DNA of 64,000 nt from Tubulanus polymorphus (lineage: Eukaryota; Animalia; Nemertea), in the NCBI RefSeq assembly GCF_964204645.1, contig NC_134031.1, positions 13,937,807 to 14,001,806 on the forward strand, in the 5' to 3' direction. Positions 26,402 to 37,638 of the stretch are shown here, one piece after another (the stretch's first letter is position 1; the number at the start of each line of letters is the position of its first letter). A program made the translations under genes and the position numbers. Below the pieces are notes generated by a model. The model was not told the origin of the DNA and made no database searches. It saw only the letters and a program-made list of their open reading frames with translations.

Positions 26402-27213
26402 AACTAGGGGTCCAGGGACACCACGCCTTCTTGGGAAGTGGTTTCAAATGCTCAACAATCTAACAAAATATGCCTAGGTACCAATCTAATAAGGAAATAC
26501 TAAGTTATTCTTCTATTCAACGCCCCCTGGTGACCATATAGAATAACTAATGTCCTCAAAACTCACCACAATCATAGACAATATCATGAGCTACAACTTT
26601 GCAATTGATTGTGGTAACAAAATATGCTTAGGTATCAATACAATGTGGAAAAACTTTTTCCCACCTACGAATGAGTACTGATGATACCAAGATGGCTGCC
26701 AATTGCATCATAATTGGCCGATCAAAAATACCTGGCTCAGGTATAAAACAGCCCTTTCCAAAAAATACCTTTCACAAATTGCAATGAGAAATGGCGAACC
26801 AGTAGGAAGCTACGGGACTCAGAATTTGGGCCAAAATTGACATTTTTGGGCACTAAAAAGGTCATAGGATGACCATCTTGAGTCCGATCGACCCAATTTT
26901 TCTTAAGGTGATGAACCCTTGGGGGATTCAAATATATACGAAAGATCAAGGTAATTGATTTGAGCGTCTTCAAAATTTCCCTCAAAAAGTTCAAAAATGT
27001 GTAAAAAGTGCTGATTTTGGCGAACAACAATGGCTGCCAGTCGGCCATCTTGATTCTGACAGGGCCAGTAGATACATGTGTAACCCAAATATCAAGACAT
27101 TACATTGAAGCATCTTCAAAACTTCCCAAAATAACTGTATTCCGTCTACGGCGGACGGACGGACGAAAAGTGAACGCAATAGCCCGCTGGGACTAGTCCC
27201 AAGTGGGCTAAAA
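26402..27213 (+). mobile_element. Complete family B Helentron/HINE-like element
   Basis: 5' motif, central ~155-bp repeat, (GGAC)n microsatellite, and 3' hairpin agcccgctgggactagtcccaagtgggct followed by an A-run. Confidence 0.7.
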
Positions 27214-27214
27214 G

Positions 27215-28566
27215 TTCATTGGAAGAAAATTGTTTTCGCTCACAGTATATTGTTCGATTGAACAGAATCGTTTTCATTCGAACATTAGTTCGGACAAAAT
27301 TGTTTCCCTCAACAAATTTTTTTTGGAGGGGACAAAATGTATTTCATTCAAACAATAACATAGCGCTTTATTCAATCAAATATTTATTTCAAAACGAAAA
27401 TCGGACGTTCGAACAAACAGTATATTGTTCGATCGAACAGAATTGTTTTCATTTGAACAAATTGTTTTTGCTCAACAGATTTTTTTTTTTGTCGGGACAA
27501 AAAGTTTTTCTTTTGGACAATAACAAAGCGTTTTATTATAACAAATTTTTTTGCAAAGCGAACAGTTTTTCGCCTGGAACAAAAATTCATATCGTCTGAT
27601 CGAACAGAATTGTTTTCCTTCGAACAAAATTTTCTCGCGGTACAAGTAGATGGGATCGTTTTTCATCCCAAAGAAAACAATTTTTGTGGAACTAAAAAGT
27701 CTTTTCGCTATAATGAGTAATCGTCATTTGAAAAACATAATCTTCTCACTCGAACACAAATGTATAATATGAACCTGGGTTTTCTTCGTATCCAATATCC
27801 CTATCATATATAAACCCACATTAGTTCTGTAGAAACAGTTCATTTCGAAACAGTTTCGCGGTTAAAACTAAACCTCAGTATTCGTTAACTCTACACTGTC
27901 AGTTATATCAGTTCACTACAGTCATCCATATCATGTCTTTGCAGGTTAAATTTTCCAGCCTTTTCATCTTCCATGTTTCTGACCATGTACGGAACAGAGC
28001 TTGTGTAGGTCGTTTTGAAATCTAACCATTCCTGTACATTCTGGATTATTCTGTTCATCATTTGTCAGGACAGTGAAGTGAAGACGACTTTGGATACTAC
28101 CTTGTGTGACTCCACTAGTTAGACCTACTTATACATGTACCAAGATGAGGACAGTTCCGTTGATTTTTGCCACCTGTTTCATTCCGAGAAAACTAATGAG
28201 CCATTTAAGCAACCCATCATTGATACTGTTTCCTAATTGCTTGTTTAGAAATCGCTGATGAACCTTATCAAATGCTTTTTCGAAATCCATAAAGACTAGT
28301 TAAGGCCTAACAGTCGATTCTCCATAGTCAAATAACCATTTGGTCCAGTCATCCATGGTTTTAAGTAGGCATAACTAACTGTTTGTAGACCTTCCTTTCA
28401 TAAAACCGTGTTTACCGTTGAAAAAGATTATAAATTCCCTTCATTTTCAATAGCATGGTGTGGCTGTGTACACGCAATCGTGATCGACAGTGTCCTGACA
28501 CAAACAAGAATCCGAACAAAGGTTGTGCAGAAAACCCTTTATCGCTGCTTTGCAGCTATATTTTCC
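27215..28566 (-). repeat. Right arm of the long inverted repeat (decayed CR1/L2-like RT)
   Basis: Minus-strand VFMDFEKAFDKV...LLKWL.SFL...NG...SGVTQGSI with stops; 28520-28566 is the inverse of 22015-22056. Confidence 0.65.
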
Positions 28567-28811
28567 TTTAAGTTTGCTCTGTACAACTGTACTTCTCTGC
28601 ATAATTCCACAGTATTCTGATAGAGGAGAGACCTAGGCTCTCTTCAACTAAAAAGAATTGTAAGTTAAAATTTTACGTTTCTAAGCTGTCAAATGTCCCT
28701 GAAAACTTAAGTTGGTGTTACAGCAAACAGACAATTAATTTGGGATGGCCCCATGGGAAATGATCACATGTGACATGGATGGTATGTAATTACCAGTCAA
28801 AATCTACTAAC

Positions 28812-28974
28812 CTGTAAACTTTGATGTTCAGAGGAATCTTCGGTAAGAAGGTATGCCTCCGTACAGTTCCCTCCCTCGACTTGCAGAAAACAATTTGTCG
28901 TATGTCCAATACCGGTTGGTAATATCTTATTCTTCAACATAGCGTTTATCACAGTACTTTTACCATTTGAAGTT
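28812..28974 (-). CDS. Mfn: Mitofusin exon, G1/G2 ([14 protein letters not shown]...[11 protein letters not shown])
   Basis: P-loop GRTSNGKS and GHTT motif; AG/GT boundaries. Confidence 0.98.
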
Positions 28975-29321
28975 CTGTAAATACACAGAAATTGGTCAAC
29001 AAATGATGAATTCCACAGAGCTGCCAACCAAGATTACATGTTTAGCTGAACACATGTCCAAGTTTCAAAAGTCTTCCAGTAGTCTAACATCACCTTATTT
29101 CAAGAATATTGAATTACCATTGGATTTATCACCTACAAAAGGTGGCCGATCTATGCTTTAAATCTTTTTACCCATAATTTCTCAATGCTTTAACATGAAT
29201 ATTTCAACAATAGTCTTTCTGATCGCCAAAAAAGGTATTTTAATCAGAAACATAACAATTGTAAGACATATTGCTAACAAAACTCTATAAATAATGAAGT
29301 TTTTCATGCAATTTATCATAC

Positions 29322-29451
29322 CTTCCAAAGAACACAACTTTCATGTGATCTCTAGCTAAAACTTCCCAAATACCGGAGACTTTATCCTGGTGTTTCTGCA
29401 CTAATTCTACATGTTCTTTAACTGCAAGATTTTCTTCTTCACTTTCAACAT
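29322..29451 (-). CDS. Mfn: Mitofusin exon (...KVSGIWEVLARDHMKVVFFG)
   Basis: Conserved RDHMKV.FFGR motif; phase 1-2. Confidence 0.96.
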
Positions 29452-29710
29452 CTTAAAAGTAATAGGAAATTCGATCTAAAATAGTCTTAAATATCTCTTG
29501 ACAAATAGTTAAGTATCTTCAGAAATTCAGTGGCGGATCCAGCCTAAAGACAGAACTGCTGACGCAGCATCGTGGATAAATAAAGCATAAAAATCATAAG
29601 ATACTCTTATTTTGAATCTGTGGAAAATAAAAAAACGTTCTAATTGCACCTGGAGGTGGTAAAATTTCAAAATGACACTGAACAGTGTAGTACAGTGAAA
29701 ATTCACATAC

Positions 29711-29930
29711 CTTTCAGAAAATTGTAACTCTCGTCGATATAACCACGGATGTCTTTGAAGATTTCGTTGATTTTTTTTTTCGCTTGACCAAATATTTTCA
29801 AGGGGGAAGGTGCCTGGTGTCCATTTCCAAGATTTCTAGTATCAACTGGCAATGACTGTGGCCCGTCATCTTTCACACTTCTATCTGCTAATTCAGCCAT
29901 TGAAGAATGTTCGTAAACCACGCCGGACAT
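29711..29930 (-). CDS. Mfn: Mitofusin first coding exon (SPLKIFGQAKKKINEIF)
   Basis: Conserved SPL..F..AKKKIN.IF motif; ATG at 29930; an upstream acceptor (tttctag) at ~29955 implies a 5' UTR exon. Confidence 0.92.
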
Positions 29931-30139
29931 GTCGGAACAAATCTCAGAAAAATTCTAGAAATAAAAGAAGAATTTATGTTTTATCAGAGTATGTCCAACT
30001 ATTATCGTCAATAACCAAGTTAGAACATCTATGGGTAGCAACAAAGGTATGAGATTCCAAAGTCCTAGAACTTGAAGATGACACAATAAGTCTTTAAGTG
30101 CAGGTGAAGGTACACCTGGTAGTGACAATAATGAAATCA

Positions 30140-30900
30140 ATCATAGAACATGTCGCTACAACTTTGCAACTGATTGTGGCAATATCCATAGGTGCCCAAT
30201 ATGAATAGACAAATTGTATATCATTCAATATTTAACTCCCCCTGGTGGCAAGAACAAAGAATTGGGCGATTCCAAAATTCCATGTGAGCTGTATCTTATG
30301 CAGTGCTAACAACCATCAAGACTATAAGTTAAAACCTGTTGATATTTTCCTCAAAAAACAAAGATCCCTTTCCATACAATACTTCATCACAAATTTCAAT
30401 GAAAAATGGCGAACTAGTCAAAATTGACATCAATGGGCACAAAAAATCACAGGATAGCCATCTTGAGCCCGATTGACCCAATTTTTTTTTAAGGTGATGG
30501 GTCCTTGGGAGATACAATATATATACGGCAGATCGAGGTAATATGGCATGGAAATACTGTCAAAATTAAAATAGCATTTTTGACGCAACAACTGATGCGT
30601 CAAATTCACTTTATTCAAAATTTATCTAATTTCATAATGCATTTAATAAATATCAATATGGTCCAGAAGGTTTGGGTTAAGGTTAGGTTGAGGGCTCTGT
30701 GTAGGTAAAACAATTCAACTATATTAGGCTGCCTCGGTGGTATAGCAGTGTCACTCAGCTGTGAGTATATAACAGGAATAATGCCCCGTCGGTGATCCTG
30801 TGCCGAAAAACTGACCTGATCAGAATCAAGATGGCCGACTGCCAAAATCAGAACTTTTGACACATTTTTCAAGGGAAATTTTGAAGATGCTTTGATCAAT
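30140..30900 (+). repeat. Decayed family B fragments
   Basis: Similar to 26570-27000 (tcatagaacatgtc; catcttgag.ccga..gacccaattt). Confidence 0.45.
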
Positions 30901-31319
30901 CAATCATTCTTATATTTGTATCTACCAAGTGCCCAGCAGCATACGAAATGGGTTGGTCGGACACAAGTCGGCTATGTGTTACCTTTTTATGTTCCCCAAG
31001 CTCAGTAACTCGAAATGAAGAGCTTTCGAAGCAGCGGCAGATCCAGGGACGTTGAGACCCGAGAGACCAGGGCCCCTTCCCCTCGAAGTTCCGAGCGTTT
31101 ATTTCTTATTTTCCCGAATACTGTCGAGCACCGGCTTGAGAGTTGTGTTGCAATAATCTACCCACCTCCTCTTGAATTAGTTCTAAAATGCAGGAAATTG
31201 CACAATTGCGCACATGGAATTTGAAATATTCCGGCGGATGACCCCCCAGATCCCCCACCCGGTGTTTCATGCCTAATACAAGACAGCCCTAAATCCGCCG
31301 ATGCGCAGAACAGGGAGAG

Positions 31320-32006
31320 CAACGCCCCCTGGTGACCATATACAAAAACCAATTACCTTAAAACTAACCACAATCATAGAACATGTCAGCAGCTACGATT
31401 TTATAATTGATTGTGATGACGAAATATGCCTTGTTACCAATTTAATATGGAAATACTTAGTTTTTCTACTATTCAACGCCCCCTGGTGACCATATTCAAA
31501 ACCCAATGTCCTTGAAACTCACCACATCCATTGAACATGTCATGAGCTACAACTTTGCAATTGGTCATGGTAGCAAAATATGCCTAGGTACCAATATAAT
31601 AGGCCCTTAGGAAATACTAAGTTCTTCTACTAACCCAAATATCAAGACATTACATTGAGGCGTCTTCAGAACTTCCCAAATTAACTGGATTCCGTCTTCG
31701 GACGGATGAACGGAGGAAAAGTGAATGTAATAGCCCGCTGGGACTAAAGTCCCAAGTGGGCTCAAAAGTGCTGAATTTGGTGAACAACAATGGCTGCCAG
31801 TCGGCCATTTTGAATCTGAGAGGGCCAGTTTTTGGGCTGAAGATGTGTCTAGGGTAGATACATGTATAAAGCAAATATCAAGACATTACCTTAAGTGTCT
31901 TCAAAACTTCCCAAAATAACTGGATTCTATCTACGGACGGACGAACGGATGGACGAAAAGTGAACGCAATAGCCTGCAGGGACTTAAGTCCCAAGTGGGC
32001 TAAAAA
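31320..32006 (+). mobile_element. Family B element with a duplicated 3' end
   Basis: 155-bp units followed by two copies of the terminal hairpin gtcccaagtgggct (~31750 and ~31990). Confidence 0.7.
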
Positions 32007-32189
32007 TTCAAAAAATTAATGACAGGTGCCTGTAAATTATGTGGAACTATACCGCGGAGCATTATCTTAGGGGTTTCTTGGTTGAATAAAATCACTTAAA
32101 AACAGACTGTTGTCTTGGCGAATCGGGCTAAGAGTGGTCACCTGGAGATAAATCTTACTTATGAGAAATCAATTATCTTGATTTGCTAA

Positions 32190-32354
32190 TAGGATCATTT
32201 ATTTATTACGTACGCATAAAATTTGAAATTTTCAACCCCCCCTCCCCCATGTACGCAGAATCAGCCAATTTTTCATATACATTAAGCGTTACAGTACGCA
32301 ATTGCACTAACCCCTCCCCCTCGCCTAATGTGGACGTAATAATGAATGATCCCA
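32190..32354. mobile_element. Small Harbinger-like MITE
   Basis: ggatcatttatttattacgt / acgtaataatgaatgatcc. Confidence 0.5.
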
Positions 32355-32496
32355 ATTTGTAAACTATGAAACATTCCATAGAAAAGCGTCGCGACCTTCT
32401 GATAATGATCCTTAACGACCAATTGCTTATTGGAACTTAATAGCCGATAAATAAACAATATAAAATCAAGTTATTTCCATGATATTTTGAATTTAC

Positions 32497-33680
32497 CCTG
32501 TGGCTCCAGTTACAGAGTCCATAAATGGAGTGCGACAGCTACGGTTACGGAGGACAGTTAGCGCATGCGCAATAGAGTAAAATTCTGACTTGTAATATTG
32601 GGATTCGAAACCAAACCAAAAAGTAGTAGAGCACCCAATGCGCCACAGCACATGACTGGAGGTTTGGTGAGTTGAATTATATATAGCCTCGTCTTACCCT
32701 TACCCTATCAGGGTTTCCAGTGGTTAGGCCAGGACAAAAAGAAGTACTTTTCTGCAAAATTAGGACCCAAGCTAGGCGATTTTTAGTCGACAGTAGAAAG
32801 ATCTTAAATCGTCGGCAATTATTATGAAATCGCCGTCCAACGTCAGTGACCGCACATTAGACGATTGTTATCACTGAATCGCAGGCGTCCTTGCTTGCCA
32901 GGACTTGATTTCCTGGTTCCTACAGAACCATCGATATGAACCATCATTTGTAAAAATCAGTTCAGATTTACTGGTCGAAAGCAGTTTGTTTTAAAAAATC
33001 ATGGTCATATTTACTTCCAGGCGGGTGCGGTACCAACGGATTTTTTAAAGCTAATTTCATGTGAATTGGTTGAGGATTTTTGGAATTACAGTCAATTGAA
33101 GTGGAGAGGTCATTTTCAGATTGATGATTAGTTGCCACCCTTGTTTTTTTATTATACAAGGATACTGGGGTTGGTCATTGATACTGGTTATATTCATTCA
33201 CTGCCAATTGTGACAAGTCCATGTGATTTTAATCACAGGGGTTTGGCGATGTGCTTGGATTTTATTTCCGGGTTGTTGATAATCTCGCGAGAATGGCGCT
33301 AAACATGAACTGCGAATAAATTCAAAATATCACGTTAATACCTTGTGTTAGGGCCTACCGTAGTCTAGTAGCTAGCCGTTGTTCCTGAAACAACGTCTAG
33401 GGTGACAGTGCTCATATAAGGTTAATTTGCGTCCCTCATTTTAAGGGACGAGGCTTTGAGCATCTATTTCATCCCTTAAAACACCATCAACTTACCTCAA
33501 ATTGACTGTCCTGTAATCAGATGGAAGTTAACTATTGTTTGTGCATAAATTTGTAATCCTAAGTAGCTTTTGACGATCGTAGTAGCTCAAAACTTTTGAC
33601 TAGTCGCCTCAAAAAACAGTTGAAGTGAAGCAACATAACAAATATGGCGGCTTTTCGTGGTGCATGATGGGAGTGTAAAT
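32497..33680 (-). promoter_or_regulatory. Candidate mitofusin promoter and 5' UTR exon(s)
   Basis: NRF1/Ewg-type GCGCATGCGC at 32561-32570 with a donor gg|gtaaat at 32497; a strong donor AG|gtaagt at 33496; YY1-like ATGGCGG at 33644; Staf/ZNF143-like tgcatgatggga at 33661. No transcript evidence. Confidence 0.35.
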
Positions 33681-34352
33681 TACGGATTCGAACTTTAACT
33701 TGGTGCCAATGCAGATATTATTCTTGTTTCAAATTATTAAGGTTAAAATTGACCAAAATTTATGCGTTTTATCAACAAAAAATAATATTTAGAGTAATTT
33801 GAGAGAGACATATTGAATTTTCACATTTTATTAATTTAGTCCGTATTGGAAATCCCGATAGTGGCAATCAATTCAATTCAATAAATTCTCCGGTTCGCGA
33901 TTTAAATCATCAAAAATTTTATCATAAAACACGTTTTCAAAGTCAACAAGGTAACTAATTTATTTATTTTAGTACAAAGGTTTGATTTGACACCAAAATC
34001 AGTTGTTGCATTGCAATTATCAGTTGTTGCATTGCAATTAACAGGAGTTAACCTCTTAGCATCAGACGTTGTAGGGTACCGTAACAATGACTGGTATTCA
34101 GACTAGGGCCTACCGGTAATAGTTGACTTATCCGCTATAAAGTTTCGATAAACAATTGGTCGTTAAGAATCATTATCAGACGGTCGTCACGCTCTATATA
34201 AAATCACAAGGGATGAAACGCTGTTCGAAGATTGCATAAAAAAATTACCTTCCCATTCCTGACTGTGGTTTGTGAAAATATGCGATCGTGAAACTAAACT
34301 ACAGACAGGTTACTGACTATGAATTATTATTCATTGTTGTAGCGGAATTAAG

Positions 34353-35126
34353 CACAGGGGTTTGGCGATGGGCTTGGATTTTATTTCCGGGTTGTTGATA
34401 ATCTCGCGAGAATGGCGCTAAATATGAACTGCGAATAAATTCAAAATATCACGGAAATACCTTGTGTTTATATTGTTTATTTATCCGCTATAAAGTTTCG
34501 ATAAACAATTGGTCAAGAATCATTATCAGACGGTCGTCACGCTACTATATGAAATAACAAGGGATGAAACGCCTTGAGAGTTGTGCCAGCCAGAAAGTTG
34601 GGACAGTCACGTGACATTCTGATGATGTCATCACATTTAAAACTTTAACATGAAAAGTTAACATATTTACAGACCGATATCAATTGTCAGATTACTATTC
34701 ATATGAAATCAATAACTTATAAAGAATAAATTATGATCAAATATATAATTCATAGAAAAAAATGCATTTGAATGTAATTTATTCTCAAATATTCTTCGTA
34801 TCATAGTTTCCATCTTAGATGCTTCGGGTTTGCATTCAGTCAAATAAGAAGTGCAACTGTCACGTGACTGTCCCAACTTTCTGGCTGGCACGAATTGAAC
34901 TGTTTCATCCCTTGTTATTTAATGTAGTAAAGCGTGACGACTGTCTGATGATGATCCTTAACAACCAATTGTTTATCGGAACTTTATAGCGGATAAATAA
35001 ACAATATAAACACAAGGTATTTCCGTGATATTTTGAATTTATTCGCAGTTCATATTTAGCGCCATTCTCGCGAGATTATCAACAACCCGGAAATAAAAAA
35101 TCCAAGCCCATCGCCAAACCCCTGTG
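34353..35126. mobile_element. Fold-back MITE with an 8-bp TSD (P-element-like termini)
   Basis: CACAGGGG...CCCCTGTG termini, ~220-bp inverted arms, GAATTAAG on both sides; relatives at 33234, 35140-35296 and 32380-32495. Confidence 0.75.
34583..34891. mobile_element. Nested MITE
   Basis: Perfect ~34-bp TIR gtgccagccagaaagttgggacagtcacgtgaca. Confidence 0.7.
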
Positions 35127-37216
35127 GAATTAAGGTAATCACAGGGGTTTGGCGATGGACTTGGATTTTATTACCGCGTTGTTGATAATCTCATGAGAAT
35201 GGCGCTAAATATGAACTGCAAATAATTTTAGTGCCATTCTCGCGAGATTATCAACAACCCGGAAATAAAATCTAAGCCCATTGCCAAACCCCTGTGTCTA
35301 CTGTGATTTTAATTAAAAGTTAAGAAGTCAGCAGTCAGTCAGAGTCAGACATAGTCAGTAACCTGTCGGTGGTTTAGTTTCACGATCGGATATTTTCACA
35401 AACCACAGTCAGGAATGGGAAGGTCATTTTTGTATGAAATCTTCGTCAGCCAATTTGACTGACGAGTAATTTGCCTGGCATTTCATTGTCTCTTAAGATA
35501 TCCGTCAAATTTTTGTTGTAATCGACACACAACAGATTCGTAGTTTGTCTGATACCTATAACACCTCACCTGACGATCTTAATCCATGTGCAAATCGGCC
35601 GTAAAGTGAGAGTAAATTTCCGTAGAGTCAACAGCTGCCATTTTGAAAATTACTGGAGGTGCTGGCACCTGTGGACTGAGGCCAGGACTACAGCACAAAC
35701 TAACGAAGCGAAACGACGAAATTGAAAAATATTAAGAAATCAACACTTATTCACATTTTTCTTTTACCAGAATTTATTATTTCATTATTTATAATGGAAA
35801 ACACGAAGATTTGAAATATAGGTTGGAAAACCATCAAAAATAAAAATTGTCGTTTCGTCTTGAAAGTTTTATCTAAATCCTTGTAGGTCCCCTTGTCTTA
35901 TCATGCCACATGTGCAATACAGAGAAATGGCGGCCAATGGTGAAATTTGTAAGGAAATTAATTAATTTCTCAAAATTATGTTGATTAATCACTCGAAACA
36001 TACATAGAATTGGATTATTTCGAAAGGTACCTGTGTTAGTTTGTGAATTAAGCCATTAATTGTGGACTGAAGTGGATAGAAAGTATATTTTTGAAGTGTT
36101 ACTTTTTTCAACCGTGTTTTGGTCCTTGTCATCCCTAACGTTGGTATAAGCCCATCCGATTATAAAAAGCTTACCACCAACGATTAGGTAACTAACTAAG
36201 TCAGATAGAACGAGAAGGGAGAAACAACGCACGCACACAAACTTTAAAGGTAAAAGACGGATGTGCGGTCGAAAAATAAAAAGGTTAGGAATCAAACCTA
36301 GAACTCAAACCTTGTTATCCTCTTATCGCTGGTGATAACAGAGCTAATCAATTAATAACGACCAGAATGGAATTGTGCACATGTAACCTCTCTTCGGCAT
36401 GACGTCGGACATTTCTATTCGAACAGGAGGTGCTGCCACCATATAAACCAAGTCAAATGATAAGGGTTCGAGTCCCGATTTATTGCGCTGTCATATCGGG
36501 CCACAGCGTATTCAAACCGTGTGCCTAATAAATATCGAGTATCGACCTACGTTTATCCATATACGCGAGAAAGATTCACCCTGACTGCAAACTAGTAAAG
36601 GGCCTAGAGTTGAGTAGGCTTCGCCGAGACCGGGAAGCGCGTAGCGCAGGACCCCAAAATAGTACCTAGATCAATGGAACCAGCCACAGGTAGGGCAGTG
36701 AAAAGGTAGGCTAATTCAACAAATAGGAGAGTCGACGGAAAACTGATGTATGTGCGAAATCCGTGGATCCTGAGAGGCAAATCGATGAAAAAATAGAGGA
36801 TTCCTTGGAACTATTTTGCTTGAAGTTAGAATACGGCGCCATACCAAACGTGGCAGTTCGGGGATTCCCTGCAATATCCGTACGACACCGGGGCGGTACC
36901 AATTCAAATTCAAATCATCCCGTTCCGCCTTTTTCCTTTCTAGACGACTATCATTTCAAAAGTTTGGATGGGCATGTGGAGAACGAAACTCACTTCTACG
37001 TAAAGTGAAGATGTTGGCGGCGGACAGCGAACGCATCCCGCAAATTGTGCGAACCACGTGTCGTAGCCTACCGACATCGTAGCGGTTACGCTTTTGGGTT
37101 GGTTCACTGAGCGTTTCACAAGTGTTTTTATCGCGACTAAAGTGTAGGATATTATCGATATTATGAATATTCGTAGGTAGTAGCAAATTTTCCGGGCATA
37201 ATGAAGTTCACAATTT

Positions 37217-37224
37217 ATTTGCAT
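37217..37224 (+). promoter_or_regulatory. Octamer (distal sequence element) of the U2 promoter; present in every intact unit
   Basis: ATTTGCAT at -200 from the U2 start, the typical snRNA DSE position. Confidence 0.6.
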
Positions 37225-37351
37225 AATTTTAGATCCATCGTAGTGGCTCGAAATTAATACCGGAATATATGAAATCAATTCAATTTTCATTTGAATGCCC
37301 TATCGAAAATTAAAATCATTCAAAAAGGTATAGCGCGTACATTTTTATATG

Positions 37352-37372
37352 TCTCACACAGTTGATGTAAAT
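37352..37372 (+). promoter_or_regulatory. Proximal sequence element (PSE) candidate; present in every intact unit
   Basis: tctcacacagttgatgtaaat at about -65 to -45; position and TCAC start fit a PSE. Confidence 0.5.
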
Positions 37373-37416
37373 AACGGTTGTTCGACATATATATTGAATT
37401 GCGTTCATTCAACGGT

Positions 37417-37607
37417 ATCGCTTCTCGGCCTATTGGCTAAGATCAAAGTGTAGTATCTGTTCTTATCAGCTTAATATCTGATACGCTCCCCATAGGGGAG
37501 CTTCGATATTAAACTGATTTTTGGCACTAGGTGAAGAGTCAGGGGCTTGCTCCGCCTTCGCCACGAGTTGGCCTGGTATTGCAGTACCTCCAGGATCGGC
37601 TCACTCC
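37417..37607 (+). ncRNA. RNU2: U2 snRNA copy 1
   Basis: ATCGCTTCTCGGCC..GGCTAAGATCAAAGTGTAGTATCTGTTCTT; Sm site ATTTTTG; loop IV ATTGCAGTAC. 3' end +/-2 nt. Confidence 0.98.
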
Positions 37608-37615
37608 CTCTGGGA

Positions 37616-37638
37616 GTTCAATATCAAATAAAGATAGT
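37616..37638 (+). terminator. snRNA 3' box candidate; repeated in each unit
   Basis: GTTCAATATCAAATAAAGA about 9 nt after the U2 end. Confidence 0.45.

Noticed and set aside
36711-37290. Short ORFs repeated in every array unit (MDPERQ..., MKIELIS..., etc.)
   Set aside because: They overlap on both strands, show no recognisable domain, and recur only because the unit is repeated.
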